Assembly (NCBI GenBank): GCA_047495785.1
Contig: JBLDXI010000045.1
Location: forward strand, 558,001-622,000
Source: Lepidodermella squamata
Lineage: Eukaryota; Animalia; Gastrotricha
Length of the DNA stretch: 64,000 bases
Direction of reading: 5' to 3'
The notes beneath the pieces were generated by a model. The model made no database searches and had not been told where the DNA came from. It saw nothing but the letters and a program-made list of their open reading frames with translations. Below, piece after piece: positions 29,517-41,630 of the stretch (the stretch's first letter is position 1; every line of letters begins with the position of its first letter). Made by a program: the position numbers and the translations under genes.

Positions 29517-31419
29517 TGCCCCCTGTGAGGATCGAACTCACGACCTCCAGATTATGGGGGTTATGTTGGAATCTAGCTTAAACTTTCCGTATCTTTTCCT
29601 AAGTTAGGCTAAAACTTGAGCCGAGATCTTTCTAAATATCCAATTACTCCGGGACACTTTTCTAGTGTTGTCCTATATCATTTCTAAAACCAATTGTTGA
29701 ATCGTCCCTTTTTAATTTTCAATGTGTCATCTGCAAGAAGCAAGTGAGATTATGGAATATAATCTAGAACGATTGAGTTTTTCAGCAGCATTCTTCCGCG
29801 GTGTCAATATGATAAAATAACTAGGTAGATGGTAGATAAAAAAGTTGATAGGATTTCACGGCTATCCAGTTGGCTATTTATTATTATTATTGTTATTAAA
29901 TGATTCAGGAATTATACACGTTTAGAATCTCGACGGCCTACCGGAGGCAAGGCTGGACAATCAGGACCGAGGACTATTTCTTTGTAAATTGTAAATTAGC
30001 TAGCCTTGAATTTTGATGAAAAAATTTTCCGCCGACGATGAGACGACTGAATTATGATGGCTTCTCGCAAACACCACCGAGGAGCCATGTCAACGAGGCG
30101 ACGAGGCATTAATTATAAGAACATGAATCTCCATGCTTGAATTTGAAAATTTTTAAAATCATTTCATCAGTAGGTATGCCCTGGAAAAAAGGGACAACCC
30201 ATAGTTACGAAACAGTGAGACGAGGCGGCCGCGTTGCTGCACCATGCCAATACAGTTCGTCATTTCTAGTTCTCGCGAGAAGTATTTTTCAACTATCATG
30301 CGAATTGGCAAAAGTTCTCTCTGAATTTGCCATTGAGCTGGGGAGAATTCATGGCCACCTAGCTGTTATTGTTCAGGTGAATTAAGCTTCTGTTGAATTT
30401 TGAATTTTTTTGCATTATTCTTCTCAAAAAATGTAGTTGGGCATGAATGGCCTAAAATTCATGAAATCTGCAGCTGATCTGAAGCTAGTCTATTTTTGTG
30501 CCTCGAAGACGTACATAGGTAATCAGTATAATCGTAATCGGTTAGATATTAGTGAATACCGGTGCATCATGGCGAAATCCAGCGCTTCAGGAATTCGGTC
30601 AACTGGGCTGAAAACCCAATGAAAACCCACCTGATACATTCCATTATGATTACGAAATATTGTTTATGTCTCTAAAATTCTTAACCTCATTTCTTAATGA
30701 CCTGAGCGTAACAAAATAAACTGGGGCAATTTAATTTGATTTATAAAGTGGCGTACGGGGCGGATTGGGGACAATAATATATAACAATTCAATGCCTGAA
30801 ATAATAATTTTTCAGCGGTCCTGAGCGGGGAAAAATTAGTTCGCCAATTATATCGAAATATTGTAATATTGAATAATAACTATTTTGCGATAAATTCAAC
30901 GCAGAAAACGTTTATCATTGACCGATCGCAAACGAAATAGTCGGGACCGTCGAGAAATATTGCGAGTAATATTACAGCCGAAAATTTAGATTTTTTATTG
31001 ATAATATTGGAATGAAAATATCATAACGCACTTTCAACTTTTCGAAATTTTGAATTCCGCGCCATCGAGCAATGGCGCTATAAGACGCGCCATCCGCCGG
31101 TTGGGCCGTAATACCCGTTTTTTTGTAAACCTCCTCGTACATGGTTTGAAAAATTCTGAGTTTAAACCAGGTTTAGCGGATAAAACCTCTAAAACCTGCA
31201 AATTTTCTCTCATTGGTACATAGGTTTTTTAATCGAACATAGGAATTTTCTTCTATTGCTCCATTTTATATACGCGAACAATGGTGAGTCCCAATACGCA
31301 ACAATGGTTGCTTTGGAAATGAGAGGAAAACTTAAACCTTAAACCTTAATCCAACATAAGGAAGGTTCCAACATACGCCCCTATGAGACTGGCGCTCTAG
31401 CCAACTGAGCCAAGGAGGC
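29517..31419 (-). pseudogene. tRNA-Met(CAT) elongator gene split at the anticodon by a 1826-bp insertion (5' half 31382-31419, 3' half 29517-29555)
   Basis: Joining the halves and removing one TAT copy gives exactly the reverse complement of the intact tRNA at 38875-38948. Confidence 0.95.
29556..31381. mobile_element. Non-autonomous DNA transposon (GG-terminal TIR, 3-bp TSD; PIF/Harbinger- or Zator-like) inserted in the tRNA-Met anticodon
   Basis: TIRs GGGGGTTATGTTGGAATCT vs GGGGCGTATGTTGGAACCT. TAT is duplicated at 29553-29555 and 31382-31384. Subterminal CCAACATAA repeat. No transposase ORF inside. Confidence 0.88.
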
Positions 31420-31934
31420 TGCTTGCGAATATAGAAATTCTCTTTGCTCTCAACTGTAAGAGTCTGCCCAACTTCAACCTTCGATACCTTCTTATCGCTT
31501 ATGCTTTATCTCTAAAACATTATCAAGGTCGCTGAGTATCTGGCTGAGACTTATTTCCAGAACTCTGAGTGGTTACTAAAGCTCAGAGACGGTTTTGGTA
31601 CCAGCACAGTTGATATTGAATACCTCAAACTTTCGGAATCTCGATTTGGGTGAATCTAAGTTTCCAACTGAATTCATTGGTTTTTTTGCAAAACTTTCCA
31701 TCCTGGCCGGTATAATACACGAGAAAAATGTATAGAAAAAGTCAATAGCTGAACTAAAGCGTCCGAAAAATATTAAACCAGTTTTATTGCTGGAACAATT
31801 TATATAGTTTGAACAAATACTTCAGGGATGAGCAGAGGGAAAACGTTAATCCGATGATTCCTAACAAATCACGATTGCTGGAGTAAAAAGTATAGGTAAG
31901 TTATATAATCTGGGGGAATCAACATTCAAAAATT

Positions 31935-34900
31935 CTAAAAGCGAATTGCACGCTTCGACACAGCAATCTTGCACACTTCTTGAAGATCTGGCGTCATGCA
32001 GCTTTCTGCATCAGCACCGTGGTTCAGCAGCTCAACCATGGTTTTGATCGCTTCGTCTTTTTCGTACCATTTAGCTGCACGGATTGCCGTAGTTGCAGCA
32101 CGAGACAGGGCCGAGCGCTTTTTGTAGTCCTTGTGATTGACGAAATCAGAGTTCGAGTTTTGCTTCAAGATCAAGCGGACGATGTTGACATAGGTGTCGC
32201 GAGACGCCAGGGTCAGAGCGGTAGCAAACTTTTCTTCAGTCTTCAGATCGACCCTTGCCTTCTTGTTGATCAAAGTTCGCACAGTTTTGTATCGGCCGCT
32301 CAGGGTTGCCATGATCAAAGGAGTGAAGCCTCGGTATTCCTGAGCGTCAATATCGGCGCCGTTATCGATCAGAAGGTTGACGATATCGAGGAAATGGCGT
32401 TCAGTGGCAACATGAAGAGCTGTCATATTGCCTGCAGGTGATCGAGCGTCAACAGGGGCACCGCGCTCCAGCAATTTCTTAACAACATCATACTTGCCCA
32501 AGGAGACGGCGTTGTGAAGAATGGGTCCAGTCGCAGACATCTTCGATACATCGAATCCATCATCAAGCATTTGATCAATGATGTAAGTGTTGTCGCTGAC
32601 AATTGCTTTAGCCAATTCATCGAAAGCATCAAGTTTGAATGCGGTCAGGCAAGTCTCAACCCGACACTTGCTGATATCAGCTCCCTTTTCTTTCAGGGCC
32701 AGCACCAACTCTTCCTGCTTCATCCTGCCAGCAACAACCAGAACAGTGTCGCCATTGTGATCCGGAGTTTCCAGATCAATCTTCGTAGCGTCATTCATAA
32801 TTATTCTCTGCGCAAGGTCGTACAGCTCATTTTCGATAGCGAGGTGCAACGGAGTCGACTTCTTTCCTTCAGCGGGCGAGCATAGCGTTTTCGTAATATC
32901 GACGCCACCATGTAGAAGAGACTCTGCAGCCTCATGCTGTTTTGCTAGGATGGCGGCAATGAACGGAGTCTGGCCAGTTGAAGGGTCGCAGAAGTCTTTG
33001 TCCGCACCGCTTAGTAGCATGGCCTCCATTTGTTCCAATTTACCGGTACGAGCTGCTTCGATGAGCTTCAAGTCGACGTTGCCAAGGCACAGGCGATGTT
33101 TGCACTGGGCGGTATCAGCCTTTTGATCGACCAAATACTGAATTTCACCTTCATCATTGTTGCGTTCGGCGATATCAAGCGGCTTCTGATTGGCTTTGTT
33201 CGGCTTGTTGATCATCTCAGAGATTTCAAAGCTCTTCAACTTTTCGAGGAGCGACTTGTTGTTCTGGAGCAAAGCAGCCATCAGCAAAGTGTTGCCATCT
33301 TCGTCCACAATGTTTGCGAGATTGCCGTATTCTACAGCCAACTCTTTCGCGGCTTCGGTCTTCTTTCCATCGACCAACTTTTGGAGAATTTCAAAGGGTT
33401 TCAATTCCAGAGCTTCGATTAAGTACTTCTTGGTGATAGTCTCAACTTCGCGAGTTCCTTTTTTGGAGCTGAAAAGCTTCTTCGCCATTGGCTTGTTCTG
33501 GGCTTTGGCAGCAATAGAGATGGCGGACTCTTCGTCGTTGCTCTTCATCCAACAATCAGCACCTCGCTCCAATAGCAGATCAACCAGTTCCTCCCTCTTC
33601 TTTGTTACGGCATCGATCAGGAACGTGCTGTCAGATTCGACCAGTTCAGGATAGGCCAACAGCTTAGCCATTTCGACGTGGTTGTGTCTAATGGCGGAGA
33701 TGAGCAGCTTCTTATCGTACTCCCGATCTTTCTTCTGGAAGTGATTGACCAGATACTTGACAACTTTAGCGTCGTTATCTTGAACAGCATTTTCGACGAA
33801 TCCTTGATATTCTTCTGCAGGTGGAAGGCAGTTCTCGCCTTTGCATGCTTCAAGCTTATCCGCCAATTCCGAGATAATTCGGCGCCAGTAATAATACATT
33901 TGCTGAGAAACTGCAAACTGAACAGCAGTCTCGCCTTCGTCATTCTCTGCCTTGATATTCAAGTTTTCGTCGTTCAGAATGCGTTTGAAAATTTCTTCGT
34001 TGTCAGCCTTCATAGCTTGCATTAAAACGGTCATCGAAGCATCGTCGGCCGTTTTGGCGTTGACATTCGCACCATTCTTCAGCAAGAGCTCGACAAAGTG
34101 GACCGACTCTGAAGTTACTGCCTTCAACAGCGCTTCGTCCTTCATTCGTTTGTCAACACTCTTGATGATTGCGTTGAAATCGGCCATGTTGCCGCTTTCA
34201 ATGCTGCTCAACAGACGACTTCTGAGAACTTGATCGCGCTTGTCGTTGCATTTCGTTGATTTTTCTGGGCATTTTGCACCGCGAATAACAAGCTCGGTGA
34301 TCACTGCATCGTGCTGTTTTGGCTCCTTGATTGCCAAGGACAACGCATTCTCGTTCGAGCCGGCTTCGACATTGATGTTGGCGCCGCGATCTAGGAGCAG
34401 CTTCAAAGCTGCAACATTTCCGGAAACTGCGGCAACTACGAGCGGGGTTTTATCTTGATAGTCTCCGCAGCCTTTGCGTTCAATGAGACCTTCCTCGCCT
34501 TCGATAAGCAGCTTGATCAAGTCAGCATTATTGCCGGGTTTCGCGACGACAACTTGAAGGGCATTCATGCCATTGTGAAGGTTGGGGTCGCATTCAAGGA
34601 GCAAAGATTTGTCGACCAGCATAGCTTTAATCGCTTCCTTATCTCCCTCGTGAGCAGCTTTAAGGAAGTCAGCTAGCTTAGCATTTCCAGGCAAAGATGT
34701 TGATGATCCTGAAGCATCCAGAAACCTCTCAGAGGCAGTGGTTGTTGCTTCAGAGGAAGTTTCAGTTGCAGCAGATGAAGGCTTATCTTGACTTGTGTGG
34801 GTCGTGGTTTCGGCAGCACTGGTTTCACTGGCTTCTCGAGTTGATACTTCACGATTAATTTCAGATGATTCAGTGGTCGATGTTGAAGATGGCTTTTCAG

Positions 34901-36614
34901 TGTTGGAATCAGTAGCGGCGGTGGAAGGAGCTTGGGTTGAACTTTCAATCAGCAGTGAGCCCTTCACAAGTGGAGCAACGACAGTAGTAGCTTCTGTAGT
35001 AGCTTCTGTGGAAGATACTGAAGGACTAGTTTCTTCAGCATTTGATTCGGATGTTGCAAGCGGAGTAGAGGGAGCATCTGCAGTTGTAGATGACGGTTCA
35101 GTAGTAGAAAAATCTTTGACTTCAACAGTTGATTTTCCCGTAGTTGTTTCCGACATTGTTGGTTCAGCAGATTGATCTACTGCTTGTGATTGCTGAGATA
35201 ACGCAGCGATTTGGCTTGAAGAATCTTCAGTTGTCGACGAAGTGGGCGCTTCAGTGGTGCTATCAATCGATTCACTGGCAGCCGAGGGCGTTGAAGCCTC
35301 GGCGCTTTTCGAAGCATCAGTAGTATCTTCAGCATTTGGTTCGGATGTTGCAATCGGAGTTGAGGAAGCTTCGCCGATTGTAGATGATGGCTCAGCAGTA
35401 GAAAGTTCTTTGGCTTCGACAGTTGATTTTTCGGTGGTGGTTTCCGAGGATGTTGGTTCAGCAGATTCATCTACTTTTTGCGATTGCGGAGATGGAGCAT
35501 CGATTGGGCTTGAAGTAGCTTCAGGTGTCGAGGAAGCGGGCGCTTCAGTGGTGCTTTCAATCGATTCACTGGCAACCGATGGTGTTGATGTCTCGGCGAT
35601 TTTTGACGGAACTGTAGTATCTTCAGTATTTGATTCGGATGTTGAAAGCGGAGTTGAGGGAGCTTCGGCGGTTGTAGATGATGGCTCAACGGCTCCAACA
35701 GTAGATGTTTCGGTGGTGGATTCCAAGATTGTTGGCTCAGCAGATTCATCCAAGTTTTGCGATTGCGGAGATGACGCCGCGGTTGAGCTGCTTGAAGTAG
35801 CTCCAGTTGTCGACGAAGTGGCTGGTTTAGTGGTACTTTCAATCGATTCGCCGGCAGCCGTGGATGTTTCAGCGCTTATCGAAGCAACTGTGGTAGGTTC
35901 CGTGGATTGCTCAGGCTCAGTATTAGATGTTAAGGCATCAGCTAAGGTCTGGCTGGTTGGTTTCGTAGTGATTTCGGTGATGTTGGTTGGTTCAGGTGAG
36001 GTTGGTTCTTCATCATCTTCGTAGTCCTCTTCAGTCGCAGCGGGTTCAGTGTTTGATGCTGCTATAAAAACGTCATTCAATCAAGCCTCTCAACGTTGTT
36101 ATTGGGTAATCTTTTCCTTACTTGGAATGCAACCCTTGGGAGTGATATCCCAGGTTCCATCACGTTTGCATCCATAATCTTTCGGACCATCGACTTTATA
36201 ATCGGCCTCGCAAGCGATGACCAATCGCGAACCAGGAGGAACTCTCTCCTCCTCCTTAGCTCCGGTGAATTGATCAGGTGGCGATGTAGTGGAGTACTTA
36301 AGGGACTTGATTTTGAACGCGTTAGACAACTTCGGAATCACACAGCCTTCCTGTACTTCCTGTAGTAATACTCGCATAAAAATCATACCATCTACACATT
36401 CAATAGGTGCTAACCTCTTCATCTTCGTATTCCTCATCCTCCGGTGTGGTCGTCTTATTAACGTCGCCCTGAAAAGTATATTGGATATCGCATGGTGTCA
36501 TTTGTATTTCATACTGAGACATACCGTTTCTAGCTCTACCAAAGGGTTCGATGCTGCCAACGACAGAACAGCGGCTGCTCCGCACAGAAGAAGAAGCCAG
36601 GCTAATCTTGACAT
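31935..36614 (-). CDS. Secreted ~1500-aa protein: signal peptide, sushi/CCP domain, Ser/Thr/Glu mucin-like repeats, ~20 ankyrin repeats; exons 36525-36614, 36415-36468, 36122-36359, 31935-36061
   Basis: Signal peptide MSRLAWLLLLCGAAAVLSLAA. CCP pattern C-VIP...C-EADYKVDG..YGC..DGTW..PKGC. In-frame splices in phases 0, 0 and 1. Many TPL/TAL-H..A..G...V..LL..GAD repeats. No TM segment seen. Confidence 0.85.
35030..35855 (-). repeat. Three ~285-300-bp coding tandem repeats (mucin-like stalk)
   Basis: The unit ESIESTT..SS..QSQ..DESAEPT..ETT..ST..EPSST..STP.ATSE.N.E recurs at about 100-aa spacing. Confidence 0.8.
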
Positions 36615-37432
36615 GCTATAATTTCTAATTCCTAAAATTTACCGAGAAATAATTAATATGAGAAGAAAATTGTTCACGCTGCCATGAAATTTCGGTGAAT
36701 AACTCGGATTTTATAGACTAAAATCTCGTGAATTACGGCAAATTGCGCTATACCATTATATGAGATCCGGTAGCTCATATTTCATCACTGATGTTAATTA
36801 GTTCGAGTTAGACAGGAAAGCATTTGCTAGAGCTCAAAAGGTCACAGAGAGCAAAGCGGCACGTATTTAAAATCAAAATGTATTAAATTACCCCTCTCTA
36901 TACCGGAGTTCAGCAGTTATAACGCGTGATTATGATTTTATTTAACGATGTGAAGCTCCTGCGCTTTTTTTCTGTACGGAAAAAACGCATGTTCGGGAAT
37001 CCGGTACGAGTCAGGTCAGGTCAGGTGATGACGAACGCCTGCATAGCAATTAACCGCGCAGGCATTGTTTGTCTGCTATCGCTTAATGCTGATTCAATTT
37101 ATAAATTCCGAACAATTTCTCGTGATCAATTCTGCATGTAATTATTAGTAATTTGGCATCAATAACACACTGTAACAGATTAATTAATCCTATTTCCAGT
37201 GCCAGCACCATGGTACATGTTACCCTAGTGAGCAAATGCTAAATTTATTTTGAACCTGTCCAGTTCAGGGCTGAAATGAGAACGATGTGATAGTGATAAC
37301 AAATGTAACACAATTTTTGTTGGCAACGATTTCCAGCAGAAATAATTCACTTCATTTTATTGTTTCAATTGTAATTAGTTAATTTACTAATTGCAAGCCA
37401 GTAAAAATGTGCAGATCGTGGCATTGTTAGAT

Positions 37433-38271
37433 TTAATCGTCATCGTTGGGGTTACGGGCAAGACAGTAGGCATCGTTGGCCGCAGCAGACAGCTTTTTGC
37501 ATTTTCTGTATATTGTGTCAAATTGAAATAAGTACAAATAATGAGAAAATTCGAGTATTATTACAGGCCCTTGCAGCAGCCAGCTTGCTTTCCACACGGA
37601 GCACCCTCCCAACGGCAGGTGGGGGCAGCAGCATAGGATTCAGGCTTCGGAATTAGACAGATGGCGTCGCCGGGAGCATCGGAGAGAACGCGGCATTCCC
37701 TTAGAAGGCAAAGTGTTATGATGTAAGCTATGGACACTTGGAGAAATAAGGAAAGCCTTACATGCCATCGCAGCAAGTATTTTCTCCATCACAGGGAGCA
37801 CCTTCCCAACGGCAGGTAGGGGCAGCAGCATAGGATTCAGGTTTCGGAATGAGACAGATGGCATCGCCAGGAGCATCAGAGAGAACACGGCATTCCCTAA
37901 ACAGGCACAATGTTTATTAAAAAGCTTGGAATTGTTGGAGAAATGAGGAAAGTCTTACATGCCATCGCAGCAAGTATTTTCCCCATCACATGGAGCACCC
38001 TCCCAACGGCAGGTGGGGGCAGCAGCGTAGGATTCAGGCTTCGGAATCAGACAGATGGCGTCGCCGGGAGCATCGGAGAGAACACGGCATTCCCTTGGAA
38101 GGCAAAATTTTATGTTATAAGCTAAGGTTAGTTAGAGCAATAATGAAAGTCTTACATGCCATCGCAGCAACCGGTTTCCCCATCACAGGGAGCACCCTCC
38201 CAGCGGCAGGTAGGGGCAGCACTCGCGGCGGCCATCATTGCGACGGCAATAGCGACGTAGGTGAGTTGCAT
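37433..38271 (-). CDS. Secreted 197-aa precursor with four tandem inhibitor-cystine-knot (knottin) peptides; exons 38156-38271, 37959-38093, 37762-37896, 37565-37699, 37433-37505
   Basis: Signal peptide MQLTYVAIAVAMMAAASA, then 4x C-X6-C-X5-CC-X4-C-X11-C (e.g. CRWEGAPCDGENTCCDGMECRVLSDAPGDAIC). All introns are phase 2. TATAAATA at 38345-38352. Confidence 0.92.
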
Positions 38272-38874
38272 TTCGAAGTTGGCGGCTTTTTTTTTAGCGG
38301 AATTAAGTTTTAGCGGAATGATTTTCGGCCTAGAAATCGACCGGTATTTATAGCCTCGGTTGTGGGAACTAGCCGAGGCTGAATCTTTTTCAGGTCTAAG
38401 TGCAGCCTGATAATTACGGCTGAGTGGTTCCACCTGGTGGGTTTGAACCGAAAAAACAGCACATATTTGTTATCAGCAACCGTCTTGAGAACGCGGAAAG
38501 ATAGGTTTTTGGCAATAACTCGTGGCGGCCGAATGAAGAATTCTAGAAACTTCTAGAACGTCCGTCGAATCTGGAGCATGAAAAACAGAACCAAGTCACG
38601 AACAATGATTCATCAAATATTAAATTGAGATTTTTCATCAATCAATCAAGGGCCACTTATGTGAGCATTACTCTGAAGGTTGCCCTGCTCAACCCGATCA
38701 GAAAGTTCACGATTTGTTTGCATTTCTTGAGGAAATTTCTGAAATGTAAGCTTCGATTTATTTTCATGCAGAATTTTATTTCTATTTCAGCGGCTGAAAA
38801 TCAGTCGAAAAAAGGAAGAAATGTCTAGACTTATTTTATTATGATCGCCAATCGCCAATCGCCAATCGCAAGCA

Positions 38875-38948
38875 GCCTCCTTGGCTCAGTTGGCTAGAGC
38901 GCCAGTCTCATAATCTGGAGGTCGTGAGTTCGATCCTCACAGGGGGCA
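38875..38948 (+). tRNA. tRNA-Met (CAT), elongator, intact
   Basis: Acceptor stem GCCTCCT/AGGGGGC, anticodon loop CTCATAA with the U31-U39 pair, T loop TTCGATC, and a T5 terminator 9 nt downstream. Confidence 0.97.
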
Positions 38949-40060
38949 GCTTCAAATTTTTAATTTTTTTCGTCCTCCCGATCGCTTCTAATTTCCTCTC
39001 TTCACTCGGGCGATCTAATATCACGAAGACGATGAATATGATATTTTGTATTTTTCTCGAAATTCTGTCTCCAGGAAGCAATAAAACGAAAGCCAGTATA
39101 TAAGAACCAGCCATAGCCAAGTGCAAGCTAATATAAATAAGCCACTGTGCGTGAAGGAAAAAACACATTCTTGAAAATTTCAATTTTATAAGGCCGCACG
39201 GTCCAAGACTTACGAGAACTGCGGCTCGTTCGTTTTTCCGCCGCGGTTTGTCAAACTTTGCGCGATGTATTTTTATCGAGTCGATCGATGCGGCCAAGAA
39301 ATTGCTACATATTCTGGGCGTCTATATAATTGTCTATAGTCTATACCCCTTCATTTTCGCACTGAAATACAGGAAAATCCGACGCGGCACGCTCTTATAA
39401 AGCATGAAATAGCCTCTTGTAATATTTTCGCGTGTTTTTATCGATTCCCTATTGGTAAAAACAAAACGCGCGACTGCGGTGACCAACGAGTCGTAAAACC
39501 ACAGCCTATCAACGTCCTGCATGTGGAGCAGTCTTGTGAAGGGATTACTATTATTATTACTAAAATAATGTTTTCCCCCGACTTCTTCACGCTATACCCA
39601 GAAGATTTCGTAATTTGGTATTATCAACTCAAAATCGAGCCGATGATGCTTTTATTGCGCCTTTTACATTGTAACATGTCCTTTGTGGGTCTAAATAATG
39701 GCCCGTGGTGGCTAATCGCCAAGAAAATAAACGACGAACTTGGCGACTATTTTTAGGCTAGCACTCAAAACATTGCGGCGACAAGCTATAAGCTATCGGC
39801 AAATAATACAGCCGCGAGCGCCGGCTCCCCGCTCAATTACATTATTTACTAGTCCGCTTTATGTTACATTCGGATTTTTTCATTTTAATTCCGGCCGCGC
39901 CCCGTTTCGATGAATGAACCTAATAAGTTTTTTTCTCGAAAACTATACTGGAAATTTAATTCCGTGTACTACCCCTACATCTATATCGCGATACTGTTCG
40001 CACCAAAAAGACAGCTACAGCTATTTTTTTTCTTTAATAAGGCATTCTTTTACGTGAAGA

Positions 40061-40735
40061 ATGTTAAAATCTGCCGCCGATGTTGTGGCTGTCATTTTAT
40101 CGCTGATGCACCTTCTGCTTGGCATTGTGGCCGTTGGGTCTGGTTTCATATCGACAGTAAAAGCTGAAGTATGGATGGCGTACAGTCTTGGACCGATTTG
40201 GACAGGGGCTGTGGTAAGGATTTTCCATGAAGAAGTATACCTATTCCTATACCTATTCGGAATCCCTATAGTTCATTTTCACTGGTTTGACCGGATTTCT
40301 CGCTATGAGACGCCGAACTCTTTACCTAATCCTGTGTTTATTGGCACTCAGCATCACTGGAATCATAGTGGGAACAGTCAGCATTCAGCTACTACGGCTT
40401 GGCCTCGTGAATCAGACAACTGATGGACATTCCTACGCCAAAGAGGTACCTAAAGAAATATTTGAGAAAAATTCATAATTTTCGTTTTATAGGTCAAAGA
40501 TACGTTCGTGCTAATAGCTCTTGGTGATTGCTCACTCGAAATTTTCGTCTGTTTACTGACGATTGGAGTCGCGTTGAAAATCGCCCTCGACGTGAGGCGC
40601 GAAATGAAGAAACGCCACGAAGGCACCTTCTACGTTCAGGTCGTTGGCGAGAAGGAAATTTTAGTCGTCAATAACATGCAATCGCTCGACGGAATGCCGA
40701 CGGGACACCCACCCTCCTCGTCCACAAAACGGTGA
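40061..40735 (+). CDS. Four-TM CD20/MS4A-superfamily protein, TMEM196-like (3 exons)
   Basis: Four hydrophobic helices. PIWTGAV|FIFTGLTGFLAMRRR matches the family P.W.G..F...G..G...K/R pattern. Confidence 0.65.
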
Positions 40736-41630
40736 TTGCACCTCCGCTCATTCATCTTCGTCCAGACACAATACAATTATTGGCCATTTTTACCCACTCG
40801 TATCGACTGTGGCTTTGGTGATTCACGATGACGGAGCATCCTTTGACGAATATTACACACGATCTTTCAACTTAAGCATCTCACTATCTCCATCTCACCT
40901 GATGACGTTTAACACCGTTGTGTACATGAAAAAATTATCTGCTCCACATCCTTTTCGTATCTGAAAAAAATCAGACTAACTGGAACGCAGAATCCAAGTT
41001 TATTCATTATTTTCATCTCTCTTCTATAATAATATTGATAGAGCTCTGTAAACAGGCGTAGAAAGCATAGTAATTTTTTCTACTCAATAATCAATAGTTG
41101 CGACTATGACATGATTTGCTATGAAAAACGGGGAGAAAACAAATACTTTGATTTTTATGTCACATTTAGACTGAGCTAGGCACTTTTTAAAGCTTTAATT
41201 ATTGAAATTCGGGAAATTATTTGGCACAGTTTTCAATCATAACAATTTTCCGCGGTTTTATTTTTATAACTGTTTTCAAATAAATCTACCTTAAACCAAT
41301 TAATATTCCAGCTTTTTGATTGAATATATGCAAATAATACGAGACCCGTGATTTCATCACGTTTTGCCAAGGTATCGAAAAATCGTTTTTATTCAGCACC
41401 AAACGACGAAAAGGTGTGTAGTTTAGGTTGATATATACTGTTTTATTGCAGACAGACACGAGCATTTCGCAAGAGAATGTAGCCGAAAAAAAAAATACAT
41501 TATTTAATCAAACACTGATGGAAGGATTATAAGCAGGGAAGCAGCGCAAGGTAACTATAGCAGCTATAAATAATTTGAGCCGCAAAATCGAATTATATAT
41601 ATGAAAAATATGGTTAATATAAAGTCAAAT

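Noticed and set aside
29556-31384. The insertion as a functional 1.8-kb tRNA intron
   Set aside because: Internal T runs would terminate Pol III, the A and B boxes are 1.8 kb apart, and the anticodon-intron pair is missing. The TIR and TSD indicate a transposon.
31935-34700. Calling the ankyrin protein a latrotoxin
   Set aside because: The N-terminus is CCP plus mucin, not the latrotoxin helical pore-forming domain. Only the secreted-ankyrin analogy holds.
37025-37092. Possible C/D snoRNA (GTGATGA...CTGA)
   Set aside because: No terminal stem, no clear C'/D' boxes, no rRNA complement recognised, and it is not intronic.
38845-38870. (ATCGCCA)3 repeat upstream of the intact tRNA
   Set aside because: A short slippage repeat absent from the second tRNA copy, with no evidence of function.
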